A stretch of 64,000 bases of DNA from an uncultured cyanobacterium (lineage in GTDB: Bacteria; Cyanobacteriota; Cyanobacteriia; Pseudanabaenales; Pseudanabaenaceae). The stretch's first letter is position 1. Every line of letters starts with the position of its first letter. Below, in pieces: positions 9,314 through 22,400 of the stretch. The stretch spans positions 3,744,001-3,808,000 of the forward strand of contig OY969811.1 of NCBI GenBank assembly GCA_963703315.1, written 5' to 3'. The notes below the pieces were generated by a model. That model searched no databases, was not told where the DNA came from, and was given only the letters and a program-made list of their open reading frames with translations. Position numbers and translations under genes: made by a program.

Positions 9314-10660
9314 TTATTCGGACTCTTCAGTTTCAGGATTACTTTCTTCAATAAAGATCTCTCCTGAAGGCTCGTCATAGCTAAATAATTCAGCATAGCG
9401 TCCCCAATCCATCGCCGTCCTGAGTTGACGCTGAGCTTCTTTGCTGGTGAAATAGTTCTCTAAAATATCAAGAACTAGTTCTTCCGAAATGCGATGATTA
9501 CGCTTAGCTTGCAAAAGCTGACAAATCTGTTGGACTAAGCGAATATATTTTTGTAATAGCTCACGAATAATTGCTTTGCGCTCGTCAATATTACTATTGA
9601 TGAACTTCTCGCCGATCGCTGATAGTTGAATGTCACCTTCATTAATAGCAACTAATTCCATTAATTTACTAGCATCCACAATCGGCAACAAATCATCAAC
9701 TTCTAATAATAGTTCTTGAGCAATGCGATAAATATCTTTCTCTTGACGACCTTCTAAGAGTTCTAATAAACCTGCTACAGAACCAATTCGCACATGGGGT
9801 AAAGATTGATATTTTGGCTGAGAAGGCGGTTTGGGTTCAGCAGTCGAAATTGTGGTCGTTGGTTGCGGTAAATCAGGGAGATCAGGATTTGTGAGAATTT
9901 TATAAACTTGGTCAACTAAAGCTTGAAATTCTGGACTTTTGCGATCGCGGTAATGGGGCAGAGTAATTGGTAAGTCCGCCCGAATCCTTCCAGGGTTACG
10001 ACCTAAAACAATTACGCGATCGGCTAAAGTTACAGCTTCTTCGATCCCGTGAGTCACGATCAAAATTGATTTGGTGGGGATGCGTTTTTCTAACCAGAGG
10101 TCAAGCAATTCAAAGCGCAAGTTTTCCGCAGTCAGCACATCTAGTGCCGAAAATGGCTCATCCATACATAAAAGCTCAGGCTCCACCGCTAAAGCCCTTG
10201 CAAAACCAACTCTTTGCCGCATTCCACCCGAAAGCTCTTTAGGATAAGCATTTTCAAACCCATCAAGACCAATCACATCGATCATTCGGAGTGCCTTTTG
10301 CACTCTTGTATCTTTCGGTTCACCTTTAGCTTTTAAACCTAGTTCCACATTTTCGAGAACCGTTAACCAAGGATACAGTGCGAAATTTTGAAAGACGATC
10401 GCCACTCCTGGATTTAAACCCATGAGAGGGCGATTGTAGTACAACACCTTGCCGCTAGAAGGTGGAATCAACCCTGCAATCATTCGCATTAATGTCGATT
10501 TACCTGATCCTGAAGGTCCAAGCAAAGCAATTATTTCACCTACTTGCAACTGGCAATTAATATTTTCAATAATCGAGATAGTCTGCCCATTTGGTTGTAA
10601 GTAAGACTTCCCAATATTCTCTAAAGAAATAAAGCTGGTTTTTGCGGCGTTTTGAACCAT
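9314..10660 (-). CDS. ABC transporter ATP-binding protein (NitT/TauT type) with C-terminal associated domain
   Basis: GPSGSGKS, LSGGMRQR, MDEPFSALD. Confidence 0.9.
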   Translation of the reverse strand: MVQNAAKTSFISLENIGKSYLQPNGQTISIIENINCQLQVGEIIALLGPSGSGKSTLMRMIAGLIPPSSGKVLYYNRPLMGLNPGVAIVFQNFALYPWLTVLENVELGLKAKGEPKDTRVQKALRMIDVIGLDGFENAYPKELSGGMRQRVGFARALAVEPELLCMDEPFSALDVLTAENLRFELLDLWLEKRIPTKSILIVTHGIEEAVTLADRVIVLGRNPGRIRADLPITLPHYRDRKSPEFQALVDQVYKILTNPDLPDLPQPTTTISTAEPKPPSQPKYQSLPHVRIGSVAGLLELLEGRQEKDIYRIAQELLLEVDDLLPIVDASKLMELVAINEGDIQLSAIGEKFINSNIDERKAIIRELLQKYIRLVQQICQLLQAKRNHRISEELVLDILENYFTSKEAQRQLRTAMDWGRYAELFSYDEPSGEIFIEESNPETEESE

Positions 10661-10977
10661 AGTGTTATCTGTGCAGGTATTGTGAGCTACATAGATAGGG
10701 AAGTTTTCGCTACCCAACCCAATACATTATCAGCTAAGAGCGCTCAGAATTTGCATTACAGGCTTTTTTTGACATCCAAAGACCAAGAAACAAGTTATGT
10801 TGCTTCTCTTAGTCTTTGTCCTAGATATTTAGTTTTTGTCCTAAAATATTTGGCGATCGCTATACAAGCTATACAATAGACTATTCTCACCTTTCCTCAT
10901 TTGGCACTATTAAACCTTTGGTTGCGTCAAAGTGGGCTGCTCACCAACCAACTTAAATTTTTCGGCTTTGCGATTAA

Positions 10978-12246
10978 ATGTCCTATTCTCTTGTTCCCGT
11001 TCCTGTAGGTTCATTACAAATTAATGAACTTATCTATTCTGACAATATCTCTACAAATGATCAGGATATTCAAGATAGTTCTGGGTTGAGTTCTCAACTA
11101 TCAGTTACTTTTTCTTTAGTGATCCCAACCTATAATGAGAGCAAAAATCTAGAGAAGTTAGTTGAAGTTCTGAGCCAACTTTTAGATAGTCATTGGTATG
11201 GAGATTACGAATTAATTATCGTTGATGATGACAGTCCCGACTTAACATGGAAAGTTGGACTGGACTTGATGCCTCACTATCCGCAGTTGCGAGTGATGCG
11301 TCGGCAAGAAGAAAAAGGGCTGTCAACGGCAGTAATTCGAGGATGGCAAGCTGCACAGGGAGAGATCTTAGGTGTGATTGATGGCGATCTGCAACATCCA
11401 CCTGAGACGCTCATTAATATGCTCAATCAAATGAAAGATGGAGCCGATTTAGCGGTTGCGAGTCGCCATGTGGAAGGCGGTGGTGTGAGTGATTGGGGAT
11501 TTATACGGCGGGTTCTGTCACGGGGAGCGCAGATGCTTGGCTTACTGATTTTGCCGAATGTGATTGGCAGGGTTTCTGATCCAATGAGTGGTTATTTTAT
11601 GGTCAAGCGTAGTGCGATCGCCAATTGCCTGATGAATCCTTTAGGTTACAAAATTTTGATTGAAGTTTTAGGACGAGGCAATATTGGCTCCGTTGCCGAA
11701 GTTGGCTATATCTTTCAGGAACGCCAAGAAGGTGAAAGTAAAGTAACGTGGCGGCAATATGTGGATTATATTTTGCATTTGTTGAGATTGCGATCGCGCG
11801 GCAGAATTACTAAGTTACGCGAAAAATGGCGGCTTCCTGTCAAACGTTTTTTAAAATTTGGCATCGTTGGTTTTAGTGGAGTGTTTGTCGATATGTCTCT
11901 TCTATACCTATTGAGTGATGCTTCCACATTAGGCTGGGGATTGACACGCAGCAAAATTATTGCTTCAGAAGTAGCGATAATCAATAACTTTATCTGGAAC
12001 GATGTTTGGACATTTAAGGATTTGGCAAGTCAGCAAAGAGAAAAACAAAAACGCATCAAGCGATTTTTAAAGTTCAATTTCATTTGTTTACTCGGCATTG
12101 GCTTAAACTTGATTATTCTCAACGTTCTGTATAACTATTTTGGGATTAATAAATATCTGGCTAATCTGATTGCGATCGCGATCGTCACGGTTTGGAACTT
12201 CTGGTTTAACCTTAAACTTAGCTGGCGAGTTACCCAAACCAAATAA
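10978..12246 (+). CDS. GT2 polyprenol-phosphate glycosyltransferase fused to a GtrA domain
   Basis: VIPTYNE, VDDDSPD, DGDLQHPPE, DPMSG; C-terminal KFGIVG...NNFIWNDVWTF. Confidence 0.9.
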   Translation: MSYSLVPVPVGSLQINELIYSDNISTNDQDIQDSSGLSSQLSVTFSLVIPTYNESKNLEKLVEVLSQLLDSHWYGDYELIIVDDDSPDLTWKVGLDLMPHYPQLRVMRRQEEKGLSTAVIRGWQAAQGEILGVIDGDLQHPPETLINMLNQMKDGADLAVASRHVEGGGVSDWGFIRRVLSRGAQMLGLLILPNVIGRVSDPMSGYFMVKRSAIANCLMNPLGYKILIEVLGRGNIGSVAEVGYIFQERQEGESKVTWRQYVDYILHLLRLRSRGRITKLREKWRLPVKRFLKFGIVGFSGVFVDMSLLYLLSDASTLGWGLTRSKIIASEVAIINNFIWNDVWTFKDLASQQREKQKRIKRFLKFNFICLLGIGLNLIILNVLYNYFGINKYLANLIAIAIVTVWNFWFNLKLSWRVTQTK

Positions 12247-12366
12247 TATCTAAAGGGTTGCAAAGCAACCCTTTAGATATTAAAAAACACAATAGAGTTG
12301 CGGAGCGAAGCGCCGCAACTCTATTGTGTTTTTTGATTTTGTCTTAACATAACTGGGACAGCTATC
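12244..12366. repeat. Two abutting palindromes (12244-12282, 12282-12334) plus element tail
   Basis: TAATATCTAAAGGGTTGC-aaa-GCAACCCTTTAGATATTA; second hairpin with core GCGGAGCGAAGCGCCGC; tail resembles the reverse complement of 16363-16393. Confidence 0.75.
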
Positions 12367-12385
12367 ATCTTGAAACTTAAGTTTT

Positions 12386-12922
12386 ATGACTTTCTCCACA
12401 ATTACGCTACCAACTTGGGTTACTCTATCCCGCCTCATTGCCATTCCGATCATTTTTGGATTATTCATTTGGCAAGATAGTGAACTCACTCGCCTCATTG
12501 CCCTGAGTGTATTTATCATTGCGGCGATTACAGATTGGTTAGACGGATATTTAGCAAGAAAACTTAATCAAATTACCGAGCTAGGAAAATTTCTCGATCC
12601 TCTTGTCGATAAAGTCCTAACGATCGCCTTATTTCTGTTGTTTATCGAATTAGGGCAAGTCCCCGCATGGGCAGTATTTTTAATTATTACCCGTGAGTTA
12701 TTAATCACAGCTTGGCGCGGCGCTCCTAGCCCTACGAGTGAAGCTAGCACCACCAAAATTATTGCCGCAAATTTTTGGGGGAAAGCGAAAACTGTGATGC
12801 AAATTGTGGCGATCGCCGCTTTATTGGTCAAAATACCCTATGCGATCGCCTTTTTCTGGATCGCAGTTGCACTCACGTTAATTTCTGGCATTCTCTATGT
12901 TGTGCCAACGGCAAAGGGCTAG
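12386..12922 (+). CDS. pgsA: CDP-diacylglycerol--glycerol-3-phosphate 3-phosphatidyltransferase
   Basis: TDWLDGYLAR...LGKFLDPLVDK CDP-alcohol phosphotransferase motif. Confidence 0.92.
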   Translation: MTFSTITLPTWVTLSRLIAIPIIFGLFIWQDSELTRLIALSVFIIAAITDWLDGYLARKLNQITELGKFLDPLVDKVLTIALFLLFIELGQVPAWAVFLIITRELLITAWRGAPSPTSEASTTKIIAANFWGKAKTVMQIVAIAALLVKIPYAIAFFWIAVALTLISGILYVVPTAKG

Positions 12923-12996
12923 TTATAATCCAATGCGATATGTAAGCCATCGCATTGGATTATAATTAAACAAGTTGTGGTTGGAGTAAGGTTCTC

Positions 12997-14931
12997 ATGG
13001 CGACATCACCAACAATAGGTAAAGCGTTTGGCAATCTGTTAGGCGGACGCTTTCGAGTTGTGCAGACGATCGCTGATGATACCTACACTCAGACCTACTT
13101 GGTTGAAGATACAGTAGCGGCGGAGATGCCACGCTGGATTGCCAAAAGTTTTTGTCTAATTAACAAAACTAATCTGCAATTAGATTGGGCGCGATCGCTA
13201 TTTCGGAATGAGGTTCCTAAATTGCAACAACTGAGCGATCGCAGTGATAACTTTCCCAAAATCACTACTTATTTTGAACAAGAGGAGGAATTTTATATCG
13301 TTGAAGAAGCGATCGATGGCACAAGACTGAGTGCGGAAATTGCCACAGGCAAGTTGTATAGCGAAGCAGAAGTCATTCAATTTCTGAGAGAACTGCTGAC
13401 CAATTTGAATATTGCCCATAGTTCTAATATGGTGCATGGTGATATCAATCCTCGTAATCTGATCCGCCGCAAAAGTAATAATGGAACAGATCAGCATTTT
13501 GTCCTCACTAACTTTGCAGTTCTCAAAGGTATTTATGCAACGGCGGCTCAAAATGGAGTTGTTCTCGGCACACCTAGCTATATGCCCTTTGAGCAAGCTT
13601 TAGGACAATTCACTCCTAGCTGCGATATCTATGCCCTTGGTTTAACCGCCATTCAATTACTAACAGGTTTACATCCAAGTCAACTAGTCCGTCGTGAAGA
13701 TCTCAATCTATTGAACTGGCAAATGGGATCAGCAATTAGTCCAGAGCTAGCAACCATTCTCAATCGCATGGTTAAGCACCATCCTGAAGACCGTTATCAA
13801 ACTGCTCAAGAAGTTCTCTACGATCTTGATAATAATCTATCTACCTATCAAGATGCTCCTAGCTTTCAAATGCCTAATTTTTCGGTGAGCAACAATACTA
13901 GTAAGTGGGCGATCGCTCTAGTTTGTATCGCAGGGCTGAGTTGGGGAGCGATTAATTATTTACCAAAATCACCTCTGTTTCCTGTCGCTACACCTACGGC
14001 AACTACACCGCCTATTCCAATTGTTACAACAGCTTATAAACTACGTCTGAACCTCACAGGACATACAGGTTGGGTTAGGGCAGTTACTTTTTTCCCGAAT
14101 GGATTTAGCTTCGTAAGTGGTAGCTACGATCGCACCTTACGACTATGGAATGTCCGCAATAACCAATCTTTCGGCACTTTATCCAATCACCTCGGCTCGA
14201 TTTCGGGGATTAATGCGATCGCTGTGCATCCCAATGGCAACACCTTCGCGACCGCCTGTATTGATAAATCAATTAAGTTATGGAACTTCCGTAGTGGTCA
14301 GCCAATTCGCAATCTCGAAGGACATGAAGGACAAGTTTTTAGTGTTGCCTATAGTCCCAACGGGAAAAACCTGATTAGTGCTAGCGCTGATCGCACGATC
14401 AAACTTTGGAATTGGAATAGAGGTCGTCTCTTACAGACCTTTGAAGGACATCAGGATAAAGTAGTATCAGTGGCTTTTCATCCTGATGGTCAACGTTTTG
14501 CCAGTGCCAGTTTCGATAAAACGATTAAAATCTGGGATGTGAATACTGGCAAAGAAATTATGAACATTACAGGACATAATGCCCCTGTCAATGCGATCGC
14601 CTTTAGTCTCGATGGCAAACTGCTCGCTAGTGGTAGCCAAGACCAAACCGTGAAAATTTGGGATGTAAGCACTGGCAAAGTTGTGCGTACCCTGACAGGT
14701 CACACAGGCGGTGCATTAGCTGTAGCCTTTAATCGGGATGGTAGTGCGATCGCCTCTGGTGGTGTTGATAAAACTATTCGGATTTGGAATGTAAAAACAG
14801 GAGAAGTCAGGCAAGTTCTTAATAATCATGAAGCGCCAGTCCTATCCCTCAGTTTTAGCCCTAAAGACGACACTCTAGTTAGTGGTAGCGCTGATCGCTC
14901 AGTTAAAGTTTGGCAACTATCAGAGAAATGA
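12997..14931 (+). CDS. Ser/Thr kinase-like (probably pseudokinase) TM-WD40 protein
   Basis: Kinase fold with GTPSYMPFEQ and DIYALG; TM segment; seven GH...WD-type repeats. Confidence 0.88.
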   Translation: MATSPTIGKAFGNLLGGRFRVVQTIADDTYTQTYLVEDTVAAEMPRWIAKSFCLINKTNLQLDWARSLFRNEVPKLQQLSDRSDNFPKITTYFEQEEEFYIVEEAIDGTRLSAEIATGKLYSEAEVIQFLRELLTNLNIAHSSNMVHGDINPRNLIRRKSNNGTDQHFVLTNFAVLKGIYATAAQNGVVLGTPSYMPFEQALGQFTPSCDIYALGLTAIQLLTGLHPSQLVRREDLNLLNWQMGSAISPELATILNRMVKHHPEDRYQTAQEVLYDLDNNLSTYQDAPSFQMPNFSVSNNTSKWAIALVCIAGLSWGAINYLPKSPLFPVATPTATTPPIPIVTTAYKLRLNLTGHTGWVRAVTFFPNGFSFVSGSYDRTLRLWNVRNNQSFGTLSNHLGSISGINAIAVHPNGNTFATACIDKSIKLWNFRSGQPIRNLEGHEGQVFSVAYSPNGKNLISASADRTIKLWNWNRGRLLQTFEGHQDKVVSVAFHPDGQRFASASFDKTIKIWDVNTGKEIMNITGHNAPVNAIAFSLDGKLLASGSQDQTVKIWDVSTGKVVRTLTGHTGGALAVAFNRDGSAIASGGVDKTIRIWNVKTGEVRQVLNNHEAPVLSLSFSPKDDTLVSGSADRSVKVWQLSEK

Positions 14932-14966
14932 GAGAGAGAGAGGCGCTTCGCGCCACTCTCTCTCAT
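14928..14966. repeat. Palindrome with GGCGCTTCGCGCC core
   Basis: ATGAGAGAGAG...CTCTCTCTCAT arms; left arm includes the kinase stop codon. Confidence 0.7.
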
Positions 14967-15017
14967 CAGTTATAATTTTTGTAAAACCAGTTACAATTTC
15001 GGGAAATTACAGGATTT

Positions 15018-16127
15018 ATGGACGTAAAAGCCGCCGTCGCCTTTGCCGCAGGACAACCACTCAAAATTGAGACCGTCCAACTCGCACCACCCAGAGCAGG
15101 GGAAGTCTTGGTGGAAATCAAAGCGACAGGAGTATGTCATACTGACGCATTTACCCTCTCAGGAGCCGATCCTGAAGGCTTATTTCCCACCATCCTCGGA
15201 CATGAAGGTGCAGGGGTCGTCGTCGAAGTCGGTGCAGGCGTAACCTCTCTCAAAGCAGGCGATCGCGTGATTCCTCTCTACACTCCTGAATGTCGAAATT
15301 GTTCCTATTGTCTCAGTGGAAAAACTAACCTCTGCCAAGCGATCCGCGTTACTCAAGGTCAAGGCTTGATGCCCGATGGAACTAGTCGCTTCTCTATCAA
15401 TGGCGAAAAAATCCATCACTATATGGGAACTTCCACTTTTGCCAACTATACCGTTCTCCCTGAAATTGCCCTCGCCAAAATCCGTGACGATGCTCCCTTT
15501 GAGAAAGTTTGCTACATCGGCTGTGGTGTCACCACTGGTATCGGTGCAGTGATTAACACTGCCAAAGTAGAATATGGCTCCAATGTCGTTGTATTTGGAT
15601 TAGGTGGCATTGGCTTAAACGTCATCCAAGCCAGTCGCATGGTTGGCGCAAATATGATCGTTGGGGTGGATATTAATCCCCAAAAACGCGCCCTTGCCGA
15701 AAAAATGGGGATGACCCATTTTGTGAATCCAAAGGAAGTAGAAGGTGATCTCGTTCCCTATCTCGTAGATCTCACCAAAGGCGGCGCAGACTATAGCTTT
15801 GAATGTATCGGCAGACCTGAAACCATGCGTCAAGCCCTAGAATGCTGTCACAAAGGTTGGGGTGTCAGCATAATTATCGGCGTAGCGGGAGCAGGTCAAG
15901 AAATCAGTACTCGTCCGTTCCAATTAGTCACAGGTCGGGTTTGGAAAGGAACCGCTTTTGGTGGTGCAAAAGGACGTACTGATGTTCCTAAAATTGTCGA
16001 TTGGTATATGGAAGGTAAAATCGATATCGATAGTTTGATTACAAATGTTATGCCGATTGAGCAGATTAATGAGGCATTTGACCTCATGCACAGAGGCGAT
16101 GCAATCCGTACCGTACTGACGTTTTAA
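15018..16127 (+). CDS. frmA: S-(hydroxymethyl)glutathione dehydrogenase / class III alcohol dehydrogenase
   Basis: GVCHTD, GHEGAG, structural Zn cysteines, [14 protein letters not shown]. Confidence 0.95.
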   Translation: MDVKAAVAFAAGQPLKIETVQLAPPRAGEVLVEIKATGVCHTDAFTLSGADPEGLFPTILGHEGAGVVVEVGAGVTSLKAGDRVIPLYTPECRNCSYCLSGKTNLCQAIRVTQGQGLMPDGTSRFSINGEKIHHYMGTSTFANYTVLPEIALAKIRDDAPFEKVCYIGCGVTTGIGAVINTAKVEYGSNVVVFGLGGIGLNVIQASRMVGANMIVGVDINPQKRALAEKMGMTHFVNPKEVEGDLVPYLVDLTKGGADYSFECIGRPETMRQALECCHKGWGVSIIIGVAGAGQEISTRPFQLVTGRVWKGTAFGGAKGRTDVPKIVDWYMEGKIDIDSLITNVMPIEQINEAFDLMHRGDAIRTVLTF

Positions 16128-16360
16128 AGGAAAAAGACTCTAATCCATAGGTTCTATACTTTGCGATCGCCCATCTAGAGTAATCTACAAAAAAGCGATC
16201 GCTTTTCCACAAATGTGACACGCTACCCATAATTTTAGGACTTAGGCAAAGGGAAAGAATGATGTAAAAATGAAACACCTTGTCCGCAAACAGACAAGGT
16301 GTTTCATTTTTTCCTAGGACTTCATTAGATGTAAGTACTTCTATTACTCATTTGGAAATA

Positions 16361-16474
16361 TATAGCTGTAGTCAGTTATGTTGGGACAAAACCAAAAACC
16401 AAAAGAGAGTGGCGGCACTTCGCGCCGCCACTCTCTTTTGGTTTTATATCTTAACTTGCTTGGCTATGGCTATA
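16361..16474. mobile_element. MITE-like palindromic element, same family as 4952-5075
   Basis: TATAGC...GCTATA ends; internal hairpin 16395-16445 with core GCGGCACTTCGCGCCGC. Confidence 0.6.
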
Positions 16475-19400
16475 TTAGCTGAAATTGAAGGTCGTAGAAA
16501 TGGAGCCAGCCAAGATGTTGTCATTGATATTGCTGGAAGCAAATCCAGTGACTCCATTTAAGGTTAGCAAGAGTGAGCCATTCGCAAATCCACCATTACC
16601 ACTAACACCATCACCTAAGCGGAACTGAGTGTTGCCACCGACAGTACGCACATCAATGGCAGCAATGTTATTGAACTGGAGCAAGTCACCTCCAACTCCA
16701 CGTAGGAATTGATTCACCACATCACTATCATCACCAAGGTTATAGACAACCCTATCAGTAGCTCCGTCATTGAGACCTAGGAAGAGAGTATCATTCCCAA
16801 ATCCACCAATCAAGATATCGGAACCGAGACCGCCAGTTAGGGAGTCGTTACCGAATCCACCACTGAGAGTATTGTTACCACTGTTGCCTGTAATAACATT
16901 ATTGACACTATTACCAGTACCATCAATGTTTGAGCTGCCCGTTAGAGTCAAGTTCTCGATGTTATCGAACAAAGTCCATGACACACTTGATTGAACCAAG
17001 TCAGTACCTTGGTTCAATTTTTCAATAATGGAATCACCCAAGTTGTCGATGATATAAGTGTCATTACCTAGACCACCAACCAGAGCATCTGCACCAACTC
17101 CGCCATCAAGGATATTGTTCCGACTGTTTCCAGTAATGAGGTTATTCAGATCGTTACCAGTTCCATTGATCGTACCATTGCCAGTGAGCGTAAGGTTTTC
17201 TACATTAGCTTCCAAAGTGCGGGTGACGCTTGAAAGAATAGTGTCTGTACCTTCGTTCTCCAGCTCATTGACAGTGTCATTGGCATTATCAACAATGTAG
17301 GTGTCATTGCCTAAGCTACCGAACAATGCATCAGCGCCACTCTTTCCATCAAGGATATTGTTGCCAACGTTACCAATCAGGATGTTGTCAAGGTTGTTAC
17401 CAGTGCCGTTGAGATCAGCATTACCAGTGAGCGTGAGATTTTCGAGGTTGTTACCTAAAGTCCAGTTAATGCTGGATAGAACCGTATCAATTCCAGAGGA
17501 ATCAGAGATAGTGTCATTGGTGTTATCAACAATGTAAGTGTCATTGCCTGCTCCACCAATTAAGTTGTCAGCACCTAAATCACCATCTAAGATATCGTTG
17601 CCAACTCCGCCACTAAGGGTATTGTTTCGGAAGTTACCTGTGAGGATATCGTTTCCGAAGCCACCCGTGACGTTCTCAATATTAGCGATCGCTGTAAAAC
17701 CAGATGCAGTGCCAGTGGTTAAGTTAACTGTCAGATCGGCGGTTGTAGCGCCATAGTCTAGGGTATCAACTCCACCCCGTAAATCGGCAGTCACCGATTC
17801 AACGTTGATTAATGTACCACCTGCAATCAGCGAAACTGGCGTACCGTTGAAGACTACCTTCAGAGTTTCGTCATCGACTGTACCAAGGATGTTTAGGGTA
17901 TCGTTGCCTGCACCACCATCAACGGTATCTTTACCATCGCCAATCGTATAGCGGAAGATGTCATCACCATCAAGCCCGTTGAGAGTATCGTTACCTTCAA
18001 GTCCAGCAATGATATCTTGACCGTTAGTGCCTGTGTAAGTATTGACATTAGCAGTGCCAACGAAGAAGTCCCCAGTAACAATTGTTGGGACTGAGGTCAG
18101 AGTTTCCAATGTGCCTTGATCGTCGGTGTAGCTCACTACCACTCGCAATTGGCGATTGACATGAGCTTGAGTGGGGGTAAAGGTGCTATTGGTCGCGCCT
18201 ACGATGTTGGTGAATGTTGTGCCGCCGCCAATATCTGATTGTTGCCATTGATAGGTATAGAGGGCATTAACTAAACCATCAGCATCAGTAAACAAGTTGC
18301 TAGCAACAAGCTGTTGCGCTTCCGTTGGAGTGGTATCTGAAATCGATACTGCGCCGACTGGTGCATCGTTAACAGCCGCGATCGCAATGGTTTGGGTTGC
18401 AGATACTGAGCCGCCCTTACCATCGATGACGTTATAGCTCAGGTTAACAGTGCCATTGAAGTTTGCATCGGGAGTAAAGCTGTAAGTACCGTTTCCATTA
18501 TTGGTGAGAGTCCCGTTCGTGGCTGTGAGTTGAGCCACTGATAGAACATTGTTGTTCACGTCGGTATAGCCCGCCAGTAGATCTGCTTCTGCGATCGCAT
18601 AGGTTGTATCTTCTTGACCAGCAGCAAGGATGGCAGGAGTACCTGTCAGCACTGGTGGGCTATTCGTTACGGATGTAAATACTTGATCTTGACGGACGCT
18701 GAGATTTTGGATGCGTGTATCAAGGTTAGCGGCAACATCCGCAGCATTGAAAGGATTAGTACTAAACTGATCGCCGAGGTATTCTGCAAATGCGTCCTGC
18801 TCAGAACCTGCGGCGGCAAAAGTGAATTGACCTGCGGCTAGGGCTATTGCTGGGTCAACCACACCGTTACCATTAAGGTCAATCGATTCACCGCGTAAAT
18901 CTACGCGATTAGCGATCGCCGCATTGTCTCTCACAAATTTAGGGAATGGATAGTTATCACCGCCAAGCCCACCTGTGCTGCTTGTTCCTGCGAGGAAGTT
19001 CAAGGTCACCATGCGGAAGGTGCGGCTAGCGTCGCCAACCAATACACCATCGCGAACAATTACATCCTTAATCGATCCATCGTCATTGAGTACGACCAGA
19101 TTTTGAACTCGGCTGCCTTGGGTGGTGACTTCACCAGTACTACTATTAAAGGCGATCGCTGTTTTGGTGGGGTCAAAGCTAAACTTCAAACCGCCTACCT
19201 GTGGGAACTGCCCAGGAGTACTTCCAGAACGAGTCCCAGCCACAGCATGTTCGATTACCCACTGAAGTTGTTGCGCCGTAACCGTGATCAAGCTCAACCC
19301 GTTATTAAATCGTAGGGAATTCTCAACATCCAACTGAGAAACATCACCAGTTTGTTTATTTGGCGCAAGGGGATTGGGCTGCGTTGGTAGTTTCTGAATA

Positions 19401-22400
19401 TCATCACTATTGACTGCACCTGAAGATGCCGAAACTACGCCAATGTTGTCGCGGATGCCACCACCATTTTTTAAGGAAATGACAACGGTAGGATCGATTT
19501 GCTTAGCTAGCCAGAGGTTGGCATCAGCAGTGAGATTCCCAAAATTGGTTTCTTGAGTACGCACATCATCGCGAGTTCCATTCAGGAATACGCTTGATTT
19601 GCCCACAATCAAATTGTCCTTAGTAGCAATGACATTGCGGATACCATCGGTGATTGCCACAACATTCGGATTCGCCACGTCTCTTGGATTTACATCAGTA
19701 CCATAAACGCGATCGACACCCGCTTCATCTGTAGCATAGGCTCCATTGATGCTGCTATTGAGTGCGTTGACATTGAGAATGCCATTACTGTCAAACTCAG
19801 TGATTAAGCGACCCACATACTTGTAGTTCCCATCGGTATTCGCGACCAGCACAGGATTGCCATCGGCTCCAGTTCTCACAACTGGGTAAACACCATCGCT
19901 AGCATCTCCCGATCGCAAAACATCATTACTATCTGACAGCAATGTGTTTGATCCACCTGCAAGGATAATATCCACATCACGTAAGCGAGGAGCAAGCTCA
20001 TCGCGTTCAATGTTGAACTGCTGCATATGGGACAGCAAAATGATTTTATTGATACCTTGAGCCTTGAGAATATTTACAGTAGATTGAATCTCGGCGGCTA
20101 AAGCATCATAATCAGTCGGATTAGATGGCGAGATGCCAATACTGCCACTAGATGAAATATTCGCCAAGGTAGGAGTTGTTGCACCGACAATACCGATCCT
20201 TTGATCGTCCGCATTTCCTGCAACTCCATCATTACCCGCTAAGGTAATTACGGTACTCTTCGCCAACTTACCTTTGATGGTATTGGCTTCGGCAGTGGTT
20301 TGATTGGTAGCTAGATCTGATGTACCGAGGTTGCCCGCAGTAATTTCGGGACTGAAATTCAGGTTGGTGCTGAGATAGGGGAACGCTGTGCCAGGATTAC
20401 CGCTGCCCGTGCGGATAACGTCGCGAACTTGCCTTACTCCTAAATCAAACTCATGATTACCCAAGGCCGATGCTTGAATTCCAAAAGCATTGAGAATGCC
20501 AATGTCGCCGCGACCAATTACTGGAGCAGAGTTTGTTCCTAATCCGCCCACACCGTTGAGACTAAGATCACTGGAAGCATTGAAAAAAGCACCAGGGATG
20601 TAATTGTCTCCTGAAGATAATGTCAAGGTATTGGGAATGATACTACTTGGCAAGTTAGGATCGGTTCTTAAACGATTCAGAACCGCAGAAAATCTCACCG
20701 CATCATCGATCGCTGGAATTCCACCTTCAAAATCGGAAGCATGGAGAATTTGCATTCTGAAAGGCGCATTAGGATCGGGGATTGTTGGCAGATTAAACCT
20801 TGCCACAATAGGATCGTGGTCGCTAATTTGATCGGCAAACTCAGAGTTAATGTGAACCACATCAAAACCATCTAGTTTGCTGCTGAGATTGTTGCTAGCT
20901 AAAATGTGATCCAGTGTCTGGGCGTTGCCTTGGAAGTTGTAGGTATAGCGCTCATTAGCTGGCAGAGTTTCGACTAAAGTATTCAACCCACCACTTTCTA
21001 AAATGCTGAGGGGATTAGAGAACTCGAAATCATTCAAGTCACCTGCTACCACGACATTAGCATTGGGGTTGGTTGCCAACAGTCCTTGTACGAAGTCTTT
21101 GACAATGGTGGCTTGCTGGTTGCGCTGTACTTCGCTGTTTAGCGTCGGTGATTGGTTAGGTCCAAATAGAGGTTGATCGCCGCCTTTGGAATTGAAGTGA
21201 TTACCGATGACGGTTACTTCTTGTCCATTGAACTCAAATTTACCGACGAGAGGTTTGCGGCTGCTAGCGAAAGCATCACCATCAGTCAGATTAGTGTCGG
21301 TCAAGCGTTGCAGCGAACCTTCCACAAAATTCACGCGATCGCGATTAAATAGGAACGCTACGCGGATGTTGCCACCAGGCTCGCCACCATCTTGATTGTT
21401 GACGGGGTTGATTTGACGATATTCGTATGTAGGACCGCCTGCGGCTGCGATCGCATTAATCAGCGTTTGCAGAGTTTCATTTGCATCAACCGTCCCATTA
21501 TTAGTTGCGCCATTGTTGTCCTGAATCTCTTCGAGATTGATAATGTCGGGGGACTTCATGTTGGTGACAATTGCACTGGCGATCGCATTAAATGTCGTGT
21601 CGCTAGGATCGAGGTTTTCCACATTGAAAGTAGCTACCGTCAATTGTGTGGCACTGCCCGTTAGGTTGGTGACCTCTTTTTCTAAAGTGGAGGGCTGCAC
21701 TACCGTTGGCGCATTTGAAACCAACACTTCGTAGTTATTGAAGTCGTAGCTGACCACACCTGTAATCGAGCTAAGCTGAGCGCCGACATTTACCTCAGGC
21801 AATACCAAAGAGTTATTCAGATCATCAATCTGAATCCGTTCTGGGTTGAAGTCGTTAGCAGTAATCAAGCTGCCGCCCTCGCTAGTACGGCTGGTTGCAT
21901 TAGCGCCATTGTCAGCCAGCACCCAAATTTCTTCAGATGATCCAAAGTTGGCGGTGGGTGAAGTTGCTACAGGATTGTTTACTTGCACCAGCATTCCTTC
22001 TAAACTTTCGTAGAAGTCAATCCCATCTTGAGCAGGATCGAACACAGTACCAGCATTCTCCACATTGCCACTAGCTGCATCATTGCTAATGATCTGGTTA
22101 GGAATTGCCCGTCCACCATTACCGAGAACAGTTGCAGCAGGCAAAGCATTACCACTGGAAAGCTTGGTAATCACGGGACTAACAATCTGAGTGATTGTTA
22201 GGTTGTTCGCCGATCCACCTGGACGGAACTCACTCACATTCCCGTTAACCAATATTGAATCTCCCACTTGTACTGTTGGCGCAGAAGATGTAAATACAAA
22301 AATGCCTTCAGAAGTAGCATCATTGGCATCAGGATTGGGGTCTTGCAAGTAGAAGCCGTTAGAAGCGATCGCGGTGACAATCCCTGGTACAGCCGTAACA

